From Cytophagales bacterium (lineage in GTDB: Bacteria; Bacteroidota; Bacteroidia; Cytophagales; Spirosomataceae): a stretch of 64,000 nucleotides of DNA. A program made the position numbers and the translations under genes. Under the pieces are notes generated by a model. The model saw only the letters and a list, made by a program, of their open reading frames with translations, did not search any database and was not told the origin of the DNA. This document shows positions 36,625-47,500 of the stretch, piece after piece (position 1 is the stretch's first letter; every line of letters begins with the position of its first letter). The stretch covers positions 21,760 to 85,759 of the forward strand of contig RDXN01000049.1 in NCBI GenBank assembly GCA_004292855.1, read 5' to 3'.

Positions 36625-37749
36625 CTACTTCATTTTCAGCAGCTCACTGCCGGCCAGTAGATACGCGCCCGTCCCGAAGTTCTGCCAACTGTCTTTGTCG
36701 GCGGGTTTGGGGTCGAAACCGATGTTTTGCACCCAGCCAATTTTGCCCGTCTCCTGCTGACACTGAGTCAGCGCATCCCAGGCTTTCAGCACGGCGGGCT
36801 GGTAGGTTGCCTTGTCTAACAAGCCGTTGTTGATGCCCCAAGCCAGGCCGAACGTGAAGAAACCACTGCCGCTCACCTCGCCGTGCGGGAACGTTTCGGG
36901 AGCCAGCAAACTAGTGCGCCAGAGGCCGTCGGCGGGTTGCAGGTCTTTAATTCGGGCGGCCATATCCTTGAACAGTTTCTCGTAGAACGGGCGATTTTTG
37001 TAGTTCTTGGGCATGTCTTCCAGCAACAAAGCCAACCCGCCCAGCACCCAGCCGTTGCCCCGCGACCAGAAAATATGCTTGCCGTTGGCTTCTTTGCGGT
37101 CGCTATCCTTGCCCGCCCACAAGAACCGGACATCCCGCGCAAACAGTTTATCGTCCTTGTTGTAGAGTAGGTCGTAGGTCTGCATGTAGTATTTGTGCAT
37201 CTGATCGAGATAGACCGGGCCACTCCTGGCCGGGTCTCTTTTCTGTTTGGCGTAAACCGTCAGCACAGGCGGGGCCATGAAAAGCGCGTCGCACCACCAC
37301 CACAAAATGCGCTGATCTTTATCGGGAATGCCCACGCGCCATTCGTGGGGTTTGTAGAGGTGCTGGGCGATGATGCTGTCGGTTGGAACGGTATTGACCG
37401 TTTTCTCTTTGAGCGAGTTGAGGTACAGATACGAGTAGCAGATCGCCATATCGTCGGCGTGGTAGAACCGCTCGTAGGGTTGCCAGTTGTTGCGATTGGC
37501 CATGCCAGTGAGGGCATTCAAAAAAGCGTTGTTGCGAGTCGATTTGTGCGCCCGAACAACGCCCGTGTAGTAGGCTCCATTGGTCCAGTCGGTGGGGGCT
37601 TTGGCGAAAATGGGGTTGGCTTCCTGCCAGGCCAACGCCCGAAGCATCGACTGCTCAATGGCTTTTTTATCAGGCAAATTGCCCGGTTTCCACGACGACA
37701 GGCAAAGTATCAGGACGGCAAAAATTGGTAGTATTAGTCTGGTTTTCAT
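36625..37749 (-). CDS. GH88/GH105 unsaturated glucuronyl/rhamnogalacturonyl hydrolase
   Basis: signal peptide; YteR/UGL six-hairpin motifs ([19 protein letters not shown]). Confidence 0.7.
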   Translation of the reverse strand: MKTRLILPIFAVLILCLSSWKPGNLPDKKAIEQSMLRALAWQEANPIFAKAPTDWTNGAYYTGVVRAHKSTRNNAFLNALTGMANRNNWQPYERFYHADDMAICYSYLYLNSLKEKTVNTVPTDSIIAQHLYKPHEWRVGIPDKDQRILWWWCDALFMAPPVLTVYAKQKRDPARSGPVYLDQMHKYYMQTYDLLYNKDDKLFARDVRFLWAGKDSDRKEANGKHIFWSRGNGWVLGGLALLLEDMPKNYKNRPFYEKLFKDMAARIKDLQPADGLWRTSLLAPETFPHGEVSGSGFFTFGLAWGINNGLLDKATYQPAVLKAWDALTQCQQETGKIGWVQNIGFDPKPADKDSWQNFGTGAYLLAGSELLKMK

Positions 37750-37801
37750 GTAATTAATAAATGATTGGAGTTGCCTGAAATGTGAGTAATCGGACGATTT
37801 T

Positions 37802-37879
37802 GTTTTTGTCATTCCGAGGTACGAGGAATCTCACAATCAGGCAACTGTAAGATTCCTCGTACCTCGGAATGACAAAAAC
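37802..37879. repeat. REP/MITE-like element, short variant copy 7 (GTCATTCCGAGGTACGAGGAATCT)
   Basis: perfect 29-bp arms with matching substitutions. Confidence 0.85.
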
Positions 37880-37895
37880 AAAGCCGTCCAACTTA

Positions 37896-40490
37896 TTAAT
37901 TCGATTTATTGAAAATCACTCGCTTTCCCGACTCTACTGTAACGTCAACAGTATCGGCGGCTTTGACGGTTGGGGTATCGCTTTCCATTTGCAAGTAAGC
38001 GGCTGTGGGTTTGCCACTTACAGACTTCAGGGACAACTTTCCAAACGACCCTGATTGCCCATGTCCCAGATAGATCGAGTGCAGTTTGTTTGCGTCGGTT
38101 AGGGTAATAACGGCGTATCGACCCTTCACACGGATGCCGAGTTTGGAGTCGGCAAATTCGGCTTCGTCCGAGTCCTGCATAATCACGTACTGCGTGAGCA
38201 GCCCATTCGATGTATTGCTCTTGATAGTCACTCCCTTGAACGCATCGCCCTGCCGGATAGCCTCGACCGACTGAATGCTGCCGTTGCTGTTTGCGTCGGT
38301 TGGTTCGTAAACCACGGCAAACGGGTGTGTCCAGGCTTCGCCGGTTTGCCGAATCACGAGCGTCGGCGTGGGGCGATTCGCATACGCTTTGGGGCTGTCG
38401 GTCGTGGGTGGGGCCATCACGCTTGTGTATTCGCGGTTGGCATCGCCGGGGATAAACACGTTCATCTGCACGGGCTGCGGGCGGATGGCGTTGGCCTTGA
38501 AACTGACCCGAACATCGTTTGGATACATCCCCGACGTGTTGACCGATTTGAAAAAATGCCAGCCCGGATGCCGCGCCTTTTTGTTGTTTTGCCACGCTTT
38601 CTGTTCTGAAGCCGCGTATCGTTCCGGGTCGGGGCGGAGTTGAAACGCCGGGGTCGGTGCGGTGACCAGGAGCGTGTCGCCGATGTTGTGATACACGTAG
38701 TCGTGGTACTGCGTTGGCAGGGCCGATTTTGACCGGAACAGGTCCACGTAGTAGGCGGTCGTGGGCGAAGTGCGGATGAGAGCCAATGTGCGTTCCTGAG
38801 TGGCTTCGGCTCCGTCGCCCCGGTCGTCGAGGAAGCGCGAAACCGAAAACGAATGGTTGGCCGACACCCCCGACTGCCGATACCTCGGCTCAATCGCCAC
38901 CGGCTCAACCCGGTTCGTGCCGAGGTTGGCCCAGCCCCCGTTGCTTTCCGATGAGCCGTTGACAATCACCGTATTATGACCTGCAAAAAGCCGGTAATAA
39001 TTCTCGTGAATATCGGTCGTGTAGGCACTGCGTCCCGCTTTCACACCCATCACCATGCCCTTGCCGTAGAGTTCCATGTTCATACCCGATGCGTGACCAT
39101 GCACAAACGAGGCTCCACCCACAAAACCCATCAGATCGTCGGCGGGGTTGTTTGTGGGGCTAAAATTGCGCTGAATCTGAATCCCGGCGAAGGGTAATTC
39201 GTCGGTGATGGGCAGCGGATACGCCTTCGTTTGGCCCTCTATTTCAGGGCTAAACCACAGCAGTTCAACGGGTTCGTTATAAACTTCCGCGCCGTAATTG
39301 CGCTTGCCCACTGCGGGGCGACTATACTGTTTGGTGCTGATTCCGCTGGTTATCAACGCCCCAAATTCGCGTTTCAGGGTCGCCGAATTCTCCAACTGCC
39401 CCAGGTGGTAGGCCATCTCAAACGAATGATAGTCGAGGTGAAATGATCGGTGTCCGTCGCCAAACACCACCATGTCGCGCTTATTCGGGTAGGTCAGGTA
39501 GTAGGTGGTGGTGAGCGCGAAGGGGATCTGCGGGTATTGATTGCCCAAGTGCAATGACGGATCGAAGCGGGTCAGGAGCGTCATCAGGTAGGTGGTCAGA
39601 CCCGCAACCGCACCGGAATAGTTGGTACTTTCGGGCCAGTTGCCGCCGTGTTTCTGGTAAAACTGCCCCACCTTTTGGAGCGCGTCCTGATGGGGGGTGT
39701 TTTTAGTCAGATAATACGGCAGAAAGGAATCCCGTTCGGCAGGGTCGTTGAGAGCCAGCGTGTTACCCACCAAACTCGGCGATTCCAAAATTGGCCAGTT
39801 GCAGTTGATAATGCCCTGTTCCAGAGCCAGATTGATGTAGGTTCGGAAAACGGCTTGCGCGTGATCGTGCGAAAACGGGACTTTTTTCCCCGCCCCCAAA
39901 TCATAAACTGCGCTGTTCTGGGCGATGAACGGATACGCGAAATCATACAGAATCGGGATACCCGCGCCGATCTCGCGAGCCTCGCGCAGGTGGTCGTCGG
40001 GGTAGAGGTAGCCCCCGCCATTATGCCCGCCCGCACTGGGTTTCAGCGGCACAAGCCCTTCGACAAGGGTGTGCAGGATGTCGGCACTGCATTGGCCATA
40101 TTTCGGGTCGTTGGTCAGGTAGTAGAGAATGCCACAGTCGATGCCCGTTTGCAAATAGTGAATCACGATTTTCCGCAATTCGGCATCACTCGTCACGCCC
40201 TTGATCGGCGCGAACGGCGGAATTTTCCCGGCCTCCTGCTTCGCCCAATCGAGGGGCATTTTGCTTAAATAAGCTTTGGCATCGGCCTGATGGCTGCTTA
40301 CATCGTCGGCCACGCGCTTCACAAAAGCGTCGTAGTATGTTTTGGCCCAGGGTGTCGTCCTGATTTTTTGCAGGATAGCTGCCTTGTCCGCCGGTTTCAC
40401 CCAGATCATCGGCCTGACAACCTCCTGAGCCAGCGCGACGGAGTGCCAGAAAAATAGATTGATTACTAAGCAGTTGAGTAATTTTTTCAT
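37896..40490 (-). CDS. heparinase II/III-like polysaccharide lyase family protein (putative)
   Basis: 864 aa, signal peptide, size and architecture fit alpha/alpha-toroid + beta-sandwich lyases; assignment is by resemblance only. Confidence 0.45.
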   Translation of the reverse strand: MKKLLNCLVINLFFWHSVALAQEVVRPMIWVKPADKAAILQKIRTTPWAKTYYDAFVKRVADDVSSHQADAKAYLSKMPLDWAKQEAGKIPPFAPIKGVTSDAELRKIVIHYLQTGIDCGILYYLTNDPKYGQCSADILHTLVEGLVPLKPSAGGHNGGGYLYPDDHLREAREIGAGIPILYDFAYPFIAQNSAVYDLGAGKKVPFSHDHAQAVFRTYINLALEQGIINCNWPILESPSLVGNTLALNDPAERDSFLPYYLTKNTPHQDALQKVGQFYQKHGGNWPESTNYSGAVAGLTTYLMTLLTRFDPSLHLGNQYPQIPFALTTTYYLTYPNKRDMVVFGDGHRSFHLDYHSFEMAYHLGQLENSATLKREFGALITSGISTKQYSRPAVGKRNYGAEVYNEPVELLWFSPEIEGQTKAYPLPITDELPFAGIQIQRNFSPTNNPADDLMGFVGGASFVHGHASGMNMELYGKGMVMGVKAGRSAYTTDIHENYYRLFAGHNTVIVNGSSESNGGWANLGTNRVEPVAIEPRYRQSGVSANHSFSVSRFLDDRGDGAEATQERTLALIRTSPTTAYYVDLFRSKSALPTQYHDYVYHNIGDTLLVTAPTPAFQLRPDPERYAASEQKAWQNNKKARHPGWHFFKSVNTSGMYPNDVRVSFKANAIRPQPVQMNVFIPGDANREYTSVMAPPTTDSPKAYANRPTPTLVIRQTGEAWTHPFAVVYEPTDANSNGSIQSVEAIRQGDAFKGVTIKSNTSNGLLTQYVIMQDSDEAEFADSKLGIRVKGRYAVITLTDANKLHSIYLGHGQSGSFGKLSLKSVSGKPTAAYLQMESDTPTVKAADTVDVTVESGKRVIFNKSN

Positions 40491-40498
40491 AGATAAAC

Positions 40499-41623
40499 TC
40501 AGTTCATTTGTACTACCAGCGGACTTGCCAACGCTTCTTTAAACGCCTGAAGATAAGCGAACCACGCGGGCGCATCGGTGATGACCCCGGCTTTGTTCCA
40601 GCAGGCTCCGGTGTAATAGATAAACGGCTCGTTTTGCACCGATGTGGATTGTGCCAGCAGTTGCTCGCCCGTGATTTTCATGGCCGTGACGGGCGTAAGC
40701 AGCACCGAACCCACGCCCGTGATGCCGTCCGGTCCGTGTTGCGGCTCCCAATAGGCCATGATCCCGCGTTGCTCATCGAGCAGCATTTGCCCCAGCTCCG
40801 GGCGTTTGATGATCCCGACCACAACCGGCAGTTTCGATGCCCCACTGTAGCGGTAGGTAGCCTCAACCCGGTTCATCTGCGTACCGGCATCCAGAGTGAT
40901 TTTTTTGGTGGCCGTCACCTTCAGGCCGTTCACATCCCACTCGTCGTATTCGAGCACAAACGTGGTTCGGATGGGGCCGTTGTCCAGCACTTTCCAGCGG
41001 TGGTAGTTTTTGGAATAATAGACCGAATCCTTCACGTAGGGCATCACGTTGCCCGCGCCGAGGGTGTGGCCAACGTGGTAATAATCCATACCGTCGCCAA
41101 TGTCTTCGTGGTATTTGCCGCGTTTGTACCGAGCGTCGAGAACGAGTTTGTCGGTGCGTTTCACCCACACGTCCAGCCCGTAAGCATCGCCTTTGGTGCC
41201 TTCCAAAGCCTTGCCATAAGCGCGAAACGCCACTTTGTCGTTTTCCCACGCAAAATCGTCGAGCCGTTCGGGAACGTACCGGGCAAAGGTTTTGGCTGCA
41301 ACGGGAGCTGGTTTACCTTTCTGAACAGACACCTGAACGCTGCTCTTGGCCGGAACTGATACCTGCATCAACAGGTTCTGCACCGACGCTTCGCCCTGCC
41401 GCTCCAACTGATAAGGAATCTCGGCTTTTGTCCGACTGTCGATCAACCGAAAATTGGCCGAATCGAGGGTTGAGTAGCGGGCTTTCAGAGCCTTCCACGA
41501 AACACCGACAACGGCTTCGTTCCGGGCAACGGTAGCCTCGTTTTGAACGGTAATCGTACCCTGCCCCAATACCGGAAGGGTAAAGCCAGAAAGCAGAAGA
41601 ATGAAATAGTGGTGTTTTTGCAT
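40499..41623 (-). CDS. DUF4861-like secreted protein (PUL accessory, often with GH105)
   Basis: signal peptide; neighbourhood and length; weak recognition. Confidence 0.5.
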   Translation of the reverse strand: MQKHHYFILLLSGFTLPVLGQGTITVQNEATVARNEAVVGVSWKALKARYSTLDSANFRLIDSRTKAEIPYQLERQGEASVQNLLMQVSVPAKSSVQVSVQKGKPAPVAAKTFARYVPERLDDFAWENDKVAFRAYGKALEGTKGDAYGLDVWVKRTDKLVLDARYKRGKYHEDIGDGMDYYHVGHTLGAGNVMPYVKDSVYYSKNYHRWKVLDNGPIRTTFVLEYDEWDVNGLKVTATKKITLDAGTQMNRVEATYRYSGASKLPVVVGIIKRPELGQMLLDEQRGIMAYWEPQHGPDGITGVGSVLLTPVTAMKITGEQLLAQSTSVQNEPFIYYTGACWNKAGVITDAPAWFAYLQAFKEALASPLVVQMN

Positions 41624-41730
41624 TTTCAGGGTAATGTAGTATTGAAAAATCTTGTCGTATGTACTTAGCGTTGGGTGCATTTCACTCTTGTGTTTTGCTC
41701 AACCGTCGCCACTTAAAGCAACCTATATTG

Positions 41731-41824
41731 GCCTTACGGCCATGCCGGAAAGTATCCGGCACTACAAAAGTCGCCCCTTCACGTAATGCCGGATATTTTC
41801 CGGCATGGCCGTAAGGCCAACAAC
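41731..41824. repeat. family-B inverted repeat pair (about 38-bp arms, 17-nt loop)
   Basis: ATTGGCCTTACGGCCATGCCGGAAAGTATCCGGCACTAC / GTAATGCCGGATATTTTCCGGCATGGCCGTAAGGCCAAC. Confidence 0.85.
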
Positions 41825-41846
41825 ACACAAGATCGAAATGCACCCC

Positions 41847-42965
41847 TTAGCGTTTGCCAGTCTCGCTGTCAGGTTTTACGCCGGTTATCTCGCTTACTTT
41901 TTGGAAGAAACCCCGCTTCCGGTCAGAGTTAATACCCCAATCGACTGGGACACTCTGAAAACCTTCTTTGTAGTCGGTCTCGCCCTTAAAACGAAAATCG
42001 AAGTAGCCCCACGACACGTAATTTTTTACGGAAACGGTGAAGTTATTGATCTCCTTGTCGAAGTCGAAATGGTCGTCTTCGTTGTTCATAACGGGCATTT
42101 CCCGATAACCTTCTACCTGCCGGGTGGCATCAATGAGTGTTTGGATCTGTTGGGGTTGTTTGGCTCCGTTCCCGTGAATCAAGATCAAATCTGAGACTTT
42201 CACCACGTTGGATGTCGGCACCTGCCGGCCCCCGTAACTCGTTCCTACCAGAAACCGATAGCCGTTTTTCTTCTTCCCTTTCACCCGCTCAATCAGCTCA
42301 TGAATCCGGTCGGGCCACAGGATTTTGTGGTCGTAGTTGCCGGTCGTGTTGGTTTCGTTGGCAATTTCGATGATGACGTTCCGGTATTTTTTGTCAAACA
42401 GCCAGTTCGTCAGGTTGTCGGTTGCGTTTACAATGGCCCGCTCGTCGGTCAGGTTCTGATCCTGACCAAAGTAAAAAATGCCCAGAATCACGACCATGTT
42501 CAGGTCATCGGCCTTTTTCAGAATCCGATCCAGCCGCTTCATGTACGGCTCCATCAGCGAACCATCGGGGTTGAAGCCCGGATTCAGGCATTTTTTGTTG
42601 CCGTAGCCGTAGGGACTGCCGCCCTGCATATTGAGCGTGAAGGCATTCATGCCGTAGCTCTTCCAGAGTGGCATAGCCGCCACAAACTCGTTGGTGTTGC
42701 GGTCGGCATCCCATTTTTTGGTGTCGGAATAGGCAAACTCGGCTACCGTTTCGGGATTCAGATCATCGAAAATACCCTGAACCAACCGGGCGTTCATGAG
42801 CAACCCTTCGATTTTATTACCCTGCCAGGTTCGGCCCGGATAGGTAGGCTTTCCGTTGATATAGAACTGATTACCCTTGATTTCGACCCGCGTTTTTTGC
42901 GCGAACGAATGATTTTCCAAGACGAGAATCAGGGCGAAAAAGGCTAAAATTCGACGAGTGGTCAT
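41847..42965 (-). CDS. cellulase-like TIM-barrel glycoside hydrolase (putative)
   Basis: signal peptide; IIEIANE acid/base-like motif; family uncertain; start overlaps the sulfatase stop (ATGA). Confidence 0.4.
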   Translation of the reverse strand: MTTRRILAFFALILVLENHSFAQKTRVEIKGNQFYINGKPTYPGRTWQGNKIEGLLMNARLVQGIFDDLNPETVAEFAYSDTKKWDADRNTNEFVAAMPLWKSYGMNAFTLNMQGGSPYGYGNKKCLNPGFNPDGSLMEPYMKRLDRILKKADDLNMVVILGIFYFGQDQNLTDERAIVNATDNLTNWLFDKKYRNVIIEIANETNTTGNYDHKILWPDRIHELIERVKGKKKNGYRFLVGTSYGGRQVPTSNVVKVSDLILIHGNGAKQPQQIQTLIDATRQVEGYREMPVMNNEDDHFDFDKEINNFTVSVKNYVSWGYFDFRFKGETDYKEGFQSVPVDWGINSDRKRGFFQKVSEITGVKPDSETGKR

Positions 42966-44404
42966 GGTTTCGTTTTTCGTTTGTCTTCCCAAAAATCGGC
43001 TCCTCTGTTTTTCCGCATCAGGTCAGATAGCTCCGTGACGACCCCCGCATGTTCGGGTTGTTCGGCCAAATTTTTCAGCTCCAACGGGTCCGTTTTGTGG
43101 TCGAATAACATCCGTGCGGTACGGTTATCTTTATCATCAACCCATTCGGTGTAGAAATACTGGTCCTTAATGACGGTCAGCGCATCGCCCCACCGCGAGA
43201 TGGCAAACGTCTTGGTTCGTTTCCGGTTTTCGATCAACGGAACCACACTCTCGCCCACAGCCGTATTGGGCTTGGGCAACTGGGTTAATTCTGCCAGAGT
43301 TGGGAAAATATCAATAAACTCCACGATGTCTCTGATGCGCTGCCCCGATGTTTTTTGCGGAATTCGGATCAGCAAGGGCGTTGTCAGCGACGACGAAAAA
43401 TTGCAGTGTTTATTCCACAGTTGATGGTCACCGAGGTTCCAGCCGTGATCACCGATCAGTACCACAATTGTGTTTTTGTCTAACTCTAAGCGGGCAAGCT
43501 CGTCCATGATGATGCCTAACTGAGCATCCACATAACTCACACTCGCGTAATAGCCATGTATCAATTTCTTGGCTAAATCTTTAGAAACGAGACCTTTATC
43601 GGGAATGCCGTAATAATTGCGCAGCTCGCCCGAATTATGAAACGCCACTTTTGGAGTACTGGCCGGTTGGCTGTAGTTGGCGGGTAGCCGGATTTTGGTA
43701 CTATCATACAGATCCCAGTATTTTTTGGGCGCATTAAACGGCAAATGAGGCTTGTGAAAACCAACCGTCAGGAAAAACGGCTTCCCGCTTTGCTTGAACT
43801 TTTGTAAATCCTTCTTGATTTTCAGGGCCATTTTGCCATCCCGGTAATCGGTATCGTTGAGGGCTACGTCTTCGTAAGCATAACCCCGATTGTTGTCTTT
43901 TCGGACAGGTTCGTTTTTCACCAGATCCACATTGACCGGATTGATATAGTCTAATTCGCCGTTGCCTTTAGCTTGCCAAATTTCGTCCCAGGCATCTTTC
44001 TCGTCCTGTTTTTGATGGAAAATTTTACCGTTCGAGATGGTTGTGTAGCCGTTTTCGTGAAAAATACGAGGCATCGATTTGGCTCCTGGGTAATGCTCAT
44101 TTAGGAAATCGCCATGATTAATAAAGCGATACCGAGCCGGTCTTGCACCCGACATCAGGCTCGCCCGCGATGCTCCACAAACGGGTATGTTGCAATAGGC
44201 CCGCTCAAAAATGGCACTCCCTGCAGCCAGTTTATCGATATTGGGCGATTTGATGTGCGTGGCCCCAAAACTGCCCAATTCAGGACGCAGATCATCGGCA
44301 ACAATGAACAGGACGTTCATTTTGCCCTGCTCAACGGGTTGTTTTTTAAACCCGACCAGTAAACCGAGTATCAAAACAAGGGAAAGGGGTACGGCTATTT
44401 TCAT
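42962..44404 (-). CDS. sulfatase (formylglycine-dependent, S1 family)
   Basis: CGASRASLMSG Cys-x-A-x-R FGly motif, VADDLRPELG N-terminal metal site. Confidence 0.85.
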   Translation of the reverse strand: MKIAVPLSLVLILGLLVGFKKQPVEQGKMNVLFIVADDLRPELGSFGATHIKSPNIDKLAAGSAIFERAYCNIPVCGASRASLMSGARPARYRFINHGDFLNEHYPGAKSMPRIFHENGYTTISNGKIFHQKQDEKDAWDEIWQAKGNGELDYINPVNVDLVKNEPVRKDNNRGYAYEDVALNDTDYRDGKMALKIKKDLQKFKQSGKPFFLTVGFHKPHLPFNAPKKYWDLYDSTKIRLPANYSQPASTPKVAFHNSGELRNYYGIPDKGLVSKDLAKKLIHGYYASVSYVDAQLGIIMDELARLELDKNTIVVLIGDHGWNLGDHQLWNKHCNFSSSLTTPLLIRIPQKTSGQRIRDIVEFIDIFPTLAELTQLPKPNTAVGESVVPLIENRKRTKTFAISRWGDALTVIKDQYFYTEWVDDKDNRTARMLFDHKTDPLELKNLAEQPEHAGVVTELSDLMRKNRGADFWEDKRKTKP

Positions 44405-44454
44405 AATCTAGTATTGAATTTGATCAAATCTCTGTTTAGGCGCATTTTTTGTCA

Positions 44455-44567
44455 TCCCGAAGTTTTTTTGTCATTCCGAGGAACGAGGAATCTACTTCGT
44501 TAACCCTCGATTGTGTATTAACGAAGTAGATTCCTCGTTCCTCGGAATGACAAAAACTCACTTTCCA
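44455..44567. repeat. REP/MITE-like element copy 8, with an extra upstream half-copy (TTTTTGTCATCCCGAAG)
   Basis: GTCATTCCGAGGAACGAGGAATCTACTTCGTTA / TAACGAAGTAGATTCCTCGTTCCTCGGAATGAC. Confidence 0.85.
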
Positions 44568-44571
44568 GCGT

Positions 44572-47500
44572 CTAATACGTATTGATAATCAGCTCAATCC
44601 GGTTCATTCCGGGCGACAGACGGATGGTATTGAACATCGTGTTGACTTTGTTGCCGTTGAGCAGAACGGTGTCCTCCGACGAGTACGTCAGGCTCAGTTC
44701 TGCCGAGACATTGGCGGGCAACTCGATCTGATACGCCTGATCGGTTTTGCTTTTGCGCTGGTACGTGGCCCGGACCGTTCCCTTCATGGTGGGTACGTCT
44801 ATCTGGCTTTTAGTCAGCTTGCCCATCTGTGGCCGGATGGACAGAATGGCCCCGCCCGGCGTTTGGGGCTGGATTCCCCAGAGATTCCGGGCGACAATGT
44901 TGGCGGGGGCCGCGCCCCAGGCGTGGTTCCAGTCGAGGTTGGGTTTATATTTGGTGTCCCAGGCTTCCCAGGTCATTGTGGAGCCGGACCGAATCATGTT
45001 GTACCAGCTTCGGTCGTGGGTGGCCGTCATCAGCGACAGAGCATAGTCGGGTTCGTTGGCTTTGTAGAGGGCTTCCAATAGATATTGAGCACCGTAAACA
45101 CTACAGGCCATACCGCGTGTTTTGATGAAAGCGGCCACCGATTTTTTGCGCGATTCGGGCACCACATCAAACGCCAGAGCCATCATGTTGGCGTGCAACG
45201 ACGAGTGGTTCGTGCCTTCGCCATCCACATACGCCCCCGTTTTGGAGTCGAACAGTTTTTCATTGATTGCTTCCCTGACCTTCAGGGCCATCGTGCGGAA
45301 TCGCTGTTCATCGTCGGGCTTGTTCAGTATCCGGGCAAACTCGCTCATGATGACCATGTTCTGGTAAAAGAAACTGTTTACTACCGTGTTGATGGGCGTA
45401 AACACGTATCCGTCGCGTTCCCCCTCGGCGGTGGCTAATTTCCAGCCGGTGTCTTTCTGAGCGGGGGGCCAATCAACAATATCTTTAAGTTTCACAGCGG
45501 GGTCGGTGAACCCCAGCTTCTGCATGAACGCGGGCGTGTTTTTGGGTGAGCCAGAGCTAATCAATCCGTCTTCGCGGGCCAGTTCAAGCAGCGTTTTGTG
45601 AATCAGTGGTTCATAATAGCGGCTGATTAGCCCCGTGTTGCCCGTATACATGTAGTCCTGGTGAAGCATCAGGACTACATGTAGCTGCCACTCGGTGGGC
45701 CAGGTGGGGTGGGCCATAAAATACTCAATGGTCCGGCGGGCAATACCATATTCGCGGTCGGTGGTGTAATGACTCAGTTGATTCAGATAAGCATCAGCCT
45801 CGTAGGGAATCCGCTCCCGGTCGCCGTCCAGATACAATCCCGAAAACGAACTGCCTTTCATCGTGTATTTGCACAAAGCCCACACCTGATTCAAAATAGT
45901 ATCGGAACTGGAAAAGCGACTCTGATTTTCGTCGAAATAGCTGAAATAAGCCACCTGCTTTACGGCATCGGCGGTTAGTGAACTGTTGGCCGCCCCGTCA
46001 ATCTCGGCATACCGGAAAGGCAACAGCACCGGAAACGAGTCGGGCAGGACTACCGCACCGGGTTTGGTGTTTCTCTCGTCGGGTTTGATGGCCAGCCGGT
46101 AGGTACGTTGCCCGGGCTGAACAGCCAGCTTCACTTCCTGATAGCGAATGTGTCCGTCTGGTTTGCGGTTGATTTGCTCACCCGCCAGTTGTTCACCCAA
46201 CCGAATCCGCAGCGTGTCGTTGTTTCGTGCGCTGTTGTAGGTCAGTTCGAGCGTAGCGAAGGCGGCTTTGCCAAAGTCCGCGAAATACGTACCGTCCGCT
46301 TTTTTCCGAAAGGCCGTTGGAACAATACGTTCTATCTGGAAACCACTCGGCGAACTCAGGTACGTGCCCGGTTTTCCTACCCGAAACGGTTGCCCCGCCG
46401 AATAGTCGCTCGTTCGGTTGTCAGCATCCCAGACTCTGACTTTCCAGTAATAGGGCGCACCAATTTTCAGCGTCGCCCCTCGATAAGGAACCTCCGTCGA
46501 TTGGCCGCTACGTACTTGTCGGCTATCCCACACATCGCCCACGTTATTGTCGAGCATGGCTTTCGACGAAGCCACCAAAAGCTGATACGCCGACTGGAAA
46601 ACGGCTTCTTTCGGAACAATCCACGAAAAGTTGGGGCTGCTGTCGGCCAGCAACACCCGGTCCGGTTTCCGCACCAAATCGACCATTAAGCCGGTCGGCA
46701 CGCCCGAATACGGGTCTTGGTAGCGAGTAATGAGTTGATCGGTTTTCTGCCGAAGTTTGGTCAGCACAACCCGGTGGGTTTCGTCTTTGGCGAGGTTGGT
46801 GGCTTCGGTTGGGTCGTTTTTTACGTGGTAGAGTTCCTCCAGCGATTTGTCGTTCACGTACCGAAAATACTTCCAGTCGTTTGTTCGCACGCCTTCGCTC
46901 GGCGGAATAGACTCAAACGCCCAAAGATGCTCAATCAATACGGTGTCGCGGCTACTGCGATTACCCCCGCCCGATACCATTGTTCGCAGGCTTTTACCCT
47001 GATAAAGAGCCGGTTGCTTCACGCCTGCTAGGTCGAGAATGGTCGAGGGAACGTCGATGTTTCGGGCGATGGCTTCCACGTCCTGATGTTGGTTGGCTCG
47101 TGGGTCATATACTATGAGCGGCACCCGGATTGAGGCATCATACATGAGCCATTTGTCGGCCAACTGCCGTTCGCCGAGGAAATAGCCATTATCGCCCATC
47201 ACGATGATGACGGTGTTTTTGTCAAGGCCACGTTGTTTGAGTTGCGCCCGAATTCGGGTCACTTCGAGGTCAACGCCAGCAATCATGCGGTAGTAGCCCT
47301 TCACCATGCGTTGGTATTTTTCGGGCGTATCGAACCGCCACTTCCACCGCACCCGGCTGAATCCGGCTTTTACAGCTTCGGGTTGTTGGTTAAAGTCAGC
47401 ATTGGTACTTAGGGGTGGGGGCGGAATTGTCTCGTTTTCAAGCCAGTTTGCCGTTTGCTCATCCCAGAAATACTGGTCCGGGGCAGAGTCGTGGGCGTGG

